A DNA stretch of 32,000 nucleotides from Mycolicibacterium smegmatis. GTDB taxonomy: Bacteria; Actinomycetota; Actinomycetes; Mycobacteriales; Mycobacteriaceae. Every line of letters starts with the position of its first letter. Within the stretch, counting starts at the first letter, position 1. The stretch is from the NCBI RefSeq assembly GCF_001457595.1, contig NZ_LN831039.1, positions 2,610,001-2,642,000 on the forward strand. Reading direction: 5' to 3'. This document shows positions 26,657 through 32,000 of the stretch, piece by piece. The position numbers were made by a program, and so were the translations under genes. The notes under the pieces were generated by a model, which had not been told where the DNA came from, did not search any database, and saw only the letters and a program-made list of their open reading frames with translations.

Positions 26657-28063
26657 GTGGGCTCCAGAAACGGCTCCGAGAACGGCTCCGAACACACCTC
26701 ACCACCCGCCGTCGGCGATCAACCCCCCGCAGTCGTACGGAAGGCGGTGGCCGCATCGGCCATCGGCAATGCGACCGAGTGGTTCGACTACGGCATCTAC
26801 GCCTACGGCGTCACGTACATCTCCGCGGCGATCTTCCCGGGCGATGCCGGGACCGCCACGCTGCTCGCGCTCATGACATTCGCGGTCTCGTTCCTGGTCC
26901 GGCCTCTCGGCGGTTTCGTGTGGGGACCGCTCGGTGACCGCCTGGGCCGCAAGCGCGTCCTGGCCATCACGATCCTGATGATGGCAGGCGCGACGCTGTG
27001 TGTCGGACTGGTCCCGACGTACGCGTCGATCGGGATCTGGGCGCCCATCACCCTGGTGGTGCTGCGGATGATCCAGGGCTTCTCCACCGGCGGTGAATAC
27101 GGCGGCGCGGCAACCTTCATGGCGGAGTACGCACCCACCCGCAAGCGCGGATTCCTCGGCAGCTTCCTCGAATTCGGCACTCTGGCCGGATTCTCGCTGG
27201 GCGCGCTTCTCATGCTCGGGTGCTCACTGGTGCTGGGCGAGAACGACATGCAGGCCTGGGGCTGGCGCCTGCCGTTCCTGGTCGCCGCCCCGCTCGGGCT
27301 GGTCGGGATCTATCTGCGGACCCGCCTGGAGGACACCCCGGTTTTCCGGGAGCTTGCGGAGAAGGGCGGCACGGAGGAGCAGGCCACCAAGGCTTTCCGC
27401 GATCTGATCGTGGAGTACTGGCGGCCGATCCTGCGGTTGGCCGGCCTGGTGGTCGCGCTGAACGTCGTGAACTACACGCTGCTCAGCTACATGCCGACCT
27501 ACCTGGAGAACGAGATCGGCCTGTCGACCGACTCGTCGCTGGTGGTTCCCATCATCGGCATGCTGACCATGATGGTGTTCCTGCCGTTCGCGGGCAGGCT
27601 GTCGGATCGCGTCGGACGCAAACCGCTGTGGTGGTTCTCGCTCGCCGGCCTCTTCGTCGCGGGCCTGCCGATGTTCATGCTGATGGGCACCGGTATGGCG
27701 GGTGCGGTGATCGGCTTCGCCGTGCTGGGCCTGCTCTATGTGCCTCAGCTGGCGACGATCTCGGCCACCTTCCCGGCGATGTTCCCCACCCACGTGCGGT
27801 ACGCCGGTTTCGCGATCGCGTACAACGTCTCGACGTCGCTGTTCGGCGGAACCGCGCCCGCGGTCAACGAATGGCTCATCGGCAGGACGGGGGACGGTCT
27901 CATTCCCGCCTACTACATGATGGCGGCCTGCGTGGTCGGCGCCATCGCCTTGATCTCGGTTCCCGAGACCAGTCGGTGCCCGATCAACGGCACGCACATC
28001 CCCGGCACCGCAGAGGCGCCGCGGGCACTGTCCTACCACGCCCGCCCGACAGCGCCCGCCTGA
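26657..28063 (+). CDS. MFS transporter, metabolite:H+ symporter (ProP/KgtP-like)
   Basis: AVAASAIGNATEWFDYGIYAYGVTYISAAIFP, FLVRPLGGFVWGPLGDRLGRKRVLAITILMM, RMIQGFSTGGEYGGAATFMAEYAPTRKRGFLGSFLEFGT. The start is uncertain; GTG 26657 was chosen and the track start is 26543. Confidence 0.9.
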   Translation: MGSRNGSENGSEHTSPPAVGDQPPAVVRKAVAASAIGNATEWFDYGIYAYGVTYISAAIFPGDAGTATLLALMTFAVSFLVRPLGGFVWGPLGDRLGRKRVLAITILMMAGATLCVGLVPTYASIGIWAPITLVVLRMIQGFSTGGEYGGAATFMAEYAPTRKRGFLGSFLEFGTLAGFSLGALLMLGCSLVLGENDMQAWGWRLPFLVAAPLGLVGIYLRTRLEDTPVFRELAEKGGTEEQATKAFRDLIVEYWRPILRLAGLVVALNVVNYTLLSYMPTYLENEIGLSTDSSLVVPIIGMLTMMVFLPFAGRLSDRVGRKPLWWFSLAGLFVAGLPMFMLMGTGMAGAVIGFAVLGLLYVPQLATISATFPAMFPTHVRYAGFAIAYNVSTSLFGGTAPAVNEWLIGRTGDGLIPAYYMMAACVVGAIALISVPETSRCPINGTHIPGTAEAPRALSYHARPTAPA

Positions 28064-28065
28064 CC

Positions 28066-28112
28066 ACATGAGTTGGCCCTCGGCGTGAAAACCGCCGAGG
28101 GTCAACTCATGT
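28066..28112. terminator. Candidate terminator/stem-loop between convergent MFS and aminotransferase genes
   Basis: ACATGAGTTGGCCCTCGGCG-tgaaaac-CGCCGAGGGTCAACTCATGT: 20-nt arms with 19/20 Watson-Crick complementary plus one G.U on the + transcript, 7-nt loop, no strong U tract. Confidence 0.7.
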
Positions 28113-28122
28113 CGCGAACCGG

Positions 28123-29376
28123 TCAGGACACGACGGCGCTCACGGCGTCGGCCCAGATGCCCGCGGCCTCTTCCACCTCATCGGCGGAGACGACGAGCGC
28201 GGGGATGAAGCGCACCACCTGACCCCACGCGCCGCACGTCAGCAGCAGCAACCCGCGGCGGGCCGCCTCCTGCTGCACCGCGGCCGCGGTGGTGCCGTCG
28301 GGTTTGCCGTCGGCGTCGCGGAATTCGTTGCCGATCATCAACCCGAGTCCGCGGACGTCGGTGATCTGCTCGTGCTTGTCGGCGACCGTCTGCAGAGCCT
28401 GCTTGAGCTGTGCGCCGCGCTCCGCGGCATTGGCGACGAGGTTCTCGTCCGCGATCACGTCGAGGGTCGCGATCGCGGCCGCGCAGGCCACCGCGTTGGC
28501 CCCGTAGGTGCCGCCCTGCGACCCCGGCCACGCCTTGGCCATCAACTCCGACGACGCGGCGATCCCGGACAGCGGGAAGCCCGACGCCAGGCCTTTGGCC
28601 GTCACCAGGATGTCCGGTTTGGCGTCGAAATGCTCGCCGCCCCAGAACTTTCCCGTGCGGCCGTATCCGGTCTGCACCTCGTCGAGCACCAACAGGATGC
28701 CGTGCGCATCGGCGCGTTCCCGCAGTCCGGCGAGGAAACGCTCGTTGGCCGGAACATAACCGCCCTCGCCCAGCACGGGTTCGACGAAGAACGCGGCGGT
28801 GTCGGCCGGCGCGCTCACCGTCTGCAGCACGTAATCGAGTTGCGAGAGTGCGAAATCGGTGGTCTGTTCGACGGGCCAACCGAAGTGGGTGGGATCGGGG
28901 AACGGCGATACGTGCACGCCGGCCATCAGTGGGCTGAACCCCGACCGGAATTTGGTGCCGGAGGTGGTCATCGACGCCGCGGCCACGGTCCTGCCGTGAA
29001 AGCCGCCGTGGAAGACGATGACGTTGGGACGGCCGGTGGCCTGCCTGCTGAGCCGCAGCGCGGCCTCGATGGCCTCGCTGCCGGAGTTGGCGAAGAACAT
29101 CCGGTCCAGCCCGGCCGGGAGCACCTCACCGAGCCGCTCCACCAGGGTGAGCAGTGGCCGGTGCATGACCGTGGTGTACTGCCCGTGGATGAGCGTCCCC
29201 ACCTGTCGCTGCGCGGCCTCGACGACCCGGGGATGGCAGTGTCCGGTGCTCGTCACACCGATACCCGCGGTGAAATCGAGGTATCGGCGGTCCTGTTCGT
29301 CGTAGAGCAGGACGCCCTCGCCGCGGGCGGCGATCACGCCGGTTGCCTGCTTGAGGGCCTGCGAAAGTTCGGTCAC
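28123..29376 (-). CDS. Class III PLP-dependent aminotransferase (4-aminobutyrate/omega-amino acid type)
   Basis: FTAGIGVTSTGHCHPRVVEAAQRQ, FFANSGSEAIEAALRLSRQATGRPNVIVFHGGFHGRT, LLVLDEVQTGYGRTGKFWGGEHF, ILVTAKGLASGFPLSG (PLP lysine). GTG 29376 assigned over the track start at 29466. Confidence 0.92.
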   Translation of the reverse strand: MTELSQALKQATGVIAARGEGVLLYDEQDRRYLDFTAGIGVTSTGHCHPRVVEAAQRQVGTLIHGQYTTVMHRPLLTLVERLGEVLPAGLDRMFFANSGSEAIEAALRLSRQATGRPNVIVFHGGFHGRTVAAASMTTSGTKFRSGFSPLMAGVHVSPFPDPTHFGWPVEQTTDFALSQLDYVLQTVSAPADTAAFFVEPVLGEGGYVPANERFLAGLRERADAHGILLVLDEVQTGYGRTGKFWGGEHFDAKPDILVTAKGLASGFPLSGIAASSELMAKAWPGSQGGTYGANAVACAAAIATLDVIADENLVANAAERGAQLKQALQTVADKHEQITDVRGLGLMIGNEFRDADGKPDGTTAAAVQQEAARRGLLLLTCGAWGQVVRFIPALVVSADEVEEAAGIWADAVSAVVS

Positions 29377-29413
29377 TGTGTCCCCTTGCGTGTTGTGTCG
29401 ATGGGTATTGATA

Positions 29414-29427
29414 GATTGTCGACAATC
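29414..29427. promoter_or_regulatory. Candidate GntR/FadR-subfamily operator in the divergent promoter
   Basis: GATTGTCGACAATC is a perfect 14-bp palindrome between divergent starts at 29376 (-) and 29465 (+). It is close to the TTGT-N2-ACAA type used by many GntR FCD proteins. Confidence 0.65.
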
Positions 29428-29464
29428 AGCGTATCGATCGGCGCGTGCCGGTGGAAGGGGTCTC

Positions 29465-30925
29465 ATGACGGAGCACGAGAACCGCGTGGTGAGCGGCGTT
29501 CAGAAGCGGCTCTTCATCGACGGCAAGTGGGTGGACGCGACAGATGGCGCCACATTCGACGTCCTCGATCCGGCGACCGGCGAGGTGTTGTGCGCGGTCG
29601 CCGACGCCTCGCCGCAGGACGGCCGTGCGGCACTCGACGCCGCCGTCGCCGCGCAACCGGAGTTCGCCGCTCTTCCGCCGCGTGAACGCGCCGACATGCT
29701 CACCGGGGCGTTCGAACTGCTGCACGAGCGCATCGACGACCTGGCGCTGCTGATGACGCTCGAGATGGGCAAGCCCCTCGCCGAGGCGCGCGGTGAGATC
29801 ACCTACGCCGCAGAGTTCTTCCGGCACTTCGCCGCCGAGGCGGTCCGTATCGACGGCGGCTACCAGACCGCGCCCGCGGGCGGGTCGCGCTTCTTGATCG
29901 CGCGGCAGCCGGTGGGGCCGTGCCTGCTCATCACGCCGTGGAACTTCCCCATGGCGATGGGCACCCGCAAGCTGGGGCCCGCCATCGCGGCCGGGTGCAC
30001 GAGCGTCATCAAACCCGCCCACCAGACCCCGCTGTCGATGCTGGCGCTCATGGACATCCTCTCGGAGGTCGGCGTGCCCGCCGGCGCCGTCAACTGTGTC
30101 ACCGCCATGGACGCCGGCGGCGTGATGGAACCTCTCGTCAGGTCCGGTCTGGCGCGCAAGCTCTCGTTCACCGGGTCCACCAAGGTGGGGCGCATGCTGC
30201 TGGAGCAGTGCGCCGAGAAGATCCTGCGCACCTCTCTGGAACTCGGCGGCAACGCACCGCTGATCGTGTTCGAGGACGCCGATCTCGACGAGGCCGTCGA
30301 GGGCGCGATCCTCGCCAAGATGCGCAACATGGGGGAGGCCTGCACGGCCGCCAACCGGCTGTTCGTGCACTCGTCGGTGATCGACGAGTTCGGCAGGCGC
30401 CTCGCCGAGCGCATGGCGGAGATGCCCGTCGGGCGCGGTACCGAGGACGGTGTGCGGGTGGGGCCGCTGATCGACGAGGCCGCACTGCAGAAGGTCACGT
30501 CGCTGGTCGACGACGCGGTCAAGCGTGGCGCCACCGTGCTGACCGGTGGCTCGGCGCCGTCGGGTCCCGGGTTCTTCTATCCGCCGACGGTGCTCAGCGG
30601 TGTGCCGCGCGACGCGGAGATGGTGGGCCAGGAGATCTTCGGGCCGGTCGCGCCGCTGACGCCGTTCGATACCGAGGAAGAGGCCGTGGCCGCCGCCAAC
30701 GACACCGAATACGGGCTCGTCTCTTACGTTTTCACCAATGACCTGCGTCGCGCGCTGCGCGTCGCGGAGGCACTCGAAACCGGCATGGTCGGGCTCAACC
30801 AGGGCATCGTCTCCAACCCCGCGGCGCCGTTCGGCGGCATCAAGGAATCCGGCCTCGGACGGGAAGGCGGCGCGGTCGGTATCGACGAGTTCCTGGAGAC
30901 CAAGTACGTCGGTATCAAGATGTGA
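29465..30925 (+). CDS. NAD(P)-dependent aldehyde dehydrogenase, succinate-semialdehyde dehydrogenase-like
   Basis: TPWNFPMAMGTRKLGPAIAAGCTSVIKPA, LSFTGSTKVGRMLLEQCAEKILRTSLELGGNAPLIVFEDADLDEAV, NMGEACTAANRLFVH (catalytic Cys), GQEIFGPVAPLTPFDTEEEAVAAANDTEYGL, PFGGIKESGLGREGG. Confidence 0.92.
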   Translation: MTEHENRVVSGVQKRLFIDGKWVDATDGATFDVLDPATGEVLCAVADASPQDGRAALDAAVAAQPEFAALPPRERADMLTGAFELLHERIDDLALLMTLEMGKPLAEARGEITYAAEFFRHFAAEAVRIDGGYQTAPAGGSRFLIARQPVGPCLLITPWNFPMAMGTRKLGPAIAAGCTSVIKPAHQTPLSMLALMDILSEVGVPAGAVNCVTAMDAGGVMEPLVRSGLARKLSFTGSTKVGRMLLEQCAEKILRTSLELGGNAPLIVFEDADLDEAVEGAILAKMRNMGEACTAANRLFVHSSVIDEFGRRLAERMAEMPVGRGTEDGVRVGPLIDEAALQKVTSLVDDAVKRGATVLTGGSAPSGPGFFYPPTVLSGVPRDAEMVGQEIFGPVAPLTPFDTEEEAVAAANDTEYGLVSYVFTNDLRRALRVAEALETGMVGLNQGIVSNPAAPFGGIKESGLGREGGAVGIDEFLETKYVGIKM

Positions 30926-30940
30926 GGTGGGGCGGCGGCG

Positions 30941-31663
30941 TCACCCCTTGCCGCCGCCATCACTGTTGCCCTTGCGCTTGCCCTTTCCCTTGCCACTGCC
31001 GTCGCCGTTGCCGTTGCCATCCGGCGGGATCAGCCGGTTGAGCGCGTCGTCCATGTGGGCGATCAGCAGTTCGTCGGTGAGCTCGCGGTCACCGGCCTTG
31101 ATCGCGGCGGCGATGGCGCGGTGCTCCTCGCTGCGGAAGTCCGAGACCGAGTAGGACTCGTCGAGTGCGTGGATGCACATCTGGGTCTCGGTGATGAACG
31201 TCTGGTGCATGCGGCTGAGGCGCGGGCTGTCGGACAGTTCCACCAGGCGGATGTGGAATCTGATGTCCACCTCGCTGTTCTCGGCCGGGGTACGCGCCTT
31301 CGTCATCTGCTCGACGATCTCCAGCAGCGCGTCGCCCGCCGCGACGTGGTCACCGCGCAGGATCTTGGCGGCCGCCGCGCGCTCGATGGCCTCGCGGGCC
31401 AGGTACATGTCGCACACCTCGTCGGGCGTCATCTCGATGACGAACAGGCCGCGGTGACGGATCGACACCAGCAGCCCCTCCTGCGTGAGCCGCTGCATGC
31501 CCTCACGCAGCGGTCCGCGGCTCACGCCGAGTTTCTGTGCCAGTGCGGCCTCACTGAGCTGTTGGCCAGGCTTGAACTCGCGGGCACCGATCGCCTGCCG
31601 CAGCTTGTCGGCGATCAGGCTCGGCGTCGACTGCTGCTCGAGCGGCTCGAGATAGCTCGTCAT
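30941..31663 (-). CDS. GntR family transcriptional regulator (FCD type) with Gly/Asn/Lys-rich C-terminal tail
   Basis: SLIADKLRQAIGAREFKPGQQLSEAALAQKLGVSRGPLREGMQRLTQEGLLVSIRHRGLFVIEMTPDEVCDMYLAREAIE, ending PPDGNGNGDGSGKGKGKRKGNSDGGGKG. Confidence 0.92.
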   Translation of the reverse strand: MTSYLEPLEQQSTPSLIADKLRQAIGAREFKPGQQLSEAALAQKLGVSRGPLREGMQRLTQEGLLVSIRHRGLFVIEMTPDEVCDMYLAREAIERAAAAKILRGDHVAAGDALLEIVEQMTKARTPAENSEVDIRFHIRLVELSDSPRLSRMHQTFITETQMCIHALDESYSVSDFRSEEHRAIAAAIKAGDRELTDELLIAHMDDALNRLIPPDGNGNGDGSGKGKGKRKGNSDGGGKG

Positions 31664-32000
31664 TGCCGGCCCCCTTCGAACAGGGTGCCCAATCCGGGCA
31701 GGACAGGCACCGGCCCCAGCAGTTCCATGCCCTTCCAGATCGTCACCTGGTTGGCGGTGAGAACGGGCTTGCCGACCGCGGTCTCCAGATCCTCGATGAT
31801 CGCCAGGGTGTGCATCGCGGTGTCGGGGACCAGCACCGCATCGGCCTCAGGGTGGTCCGCGGCCTTGACCATCGCGATCACGTCGTCGCGCTCCAGTGTG
31901 CCGACCTCGGCGGCCGTGATGATCCCGTGGCTGCCCATGGTCACCACCTCGATGCCGCCCGCCCGCAGGAATTCGACGAAGTGCTGCGCGACGTCCTCGG
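31660..32000 (-). CDS. Asp/Glu/hydantoin racemase superfamily, maleate cis-trans isomerase/arylmalonate decarboxylase-like, C-terminal part; open at the right window edge
   Basis: Frame open to the edge: EDVAQHFVEFLRAGGIEVVTMGSHGIITAAEVGTLERDDVIAMVKAADHPEADAVLVPDTAMHTLAIIEDLETAVGKPVLTANQVTIWKGMELLG. Stop overlaps the GntR start by 4 nt. Confidence 0.8.
   Translation of the reverse strand, partial: EDVAQHFVEFLRAGGIEVVTMGSHGIITAAEVGTLERDDVIAMVKAADHPEADAVLVPDTAMHTLAIIEDLETAVGKPVLTANQVTIWKGMELLGPVPVLPGLGTLFEGGRQ

Noticed and set aside
27220-28105. Overlapping plus (27220-28071) and minus (27224-28105) ORFs within the MFS gene
   Set aside because: Low-complexity Arg/His/Gly translation in alternative frames of an intact MFS gene.
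1-32000. Search for mobile elements, phage genes, CRISPR, toxin-antitoxin or defence systems, tRNAs
   Set aside because: No transposase/integrase motifs, regularly spaced repeats, cloverleaf-like segments or defence-type domains were seen by eye. A HMM/tRNAscan/CRISPR search would be needed to be certain.

Overview
The window reads as an ordinary high-GC actinobacterial chromosome, most like Mycobacterium/Mycolicibacterium (inference from protein sequences and codon usage). It is about 32 kb, densely coding and dominated by catabolic gene clusters. No tRNA, rRNA, CRISPR array, transposase or phage gene was recognised. Five blocks stand out. (1) 1-9359 (+): a tightly packed operon with a molybdenum hydroxylase (MoCo, FAD and 2Fe-2S subunits), an enamidase-like amidohydrolase, a glutaryl-CoA-dehydrogenase-like ACAD, a fused alpha/beta E1 dehydrogenase, a family III CoA-transferase and an acyl-CoA thioesterase II. 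Together these suggest an N-heterocycle-to-glutaryl-CoA pathway. (2) 9243-14305 (-): an unusual single polypeptide combining an adenylating ligase, a carrier domain and a membrane acyltransferase, followed by a large transketolase/AceE-like protein. An Lrp/AsnC regulator diverges from them, followed by an MFS transporter interrupted by a clean -1 frameshift near 15420. (3) 16558-18770: cutinase, aldo/keto reductase and MarR. (4) 18843-28063: an accessory-looking catabolic region with an SDR carrying an unassigned N-terminal domain, FAH-family hydrolase, GntR, DUF3500-like protein, SnoaL-like protein, IclR, DAPG-hydrolase-like protein, flavin monooxygenase and MFS. (5) 28123-32000: class III aminotransferase, divergent aldehyde dehydrogenase, GntR with a Gly/Lys-rich tail, and an Asp/Glu racemase/maleate isomerase-like protein. 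A GATTGTC(R)ACAA-type operator occurs in two separate promoter regions. Two strong stem-loops lie between convergent gene pairs.
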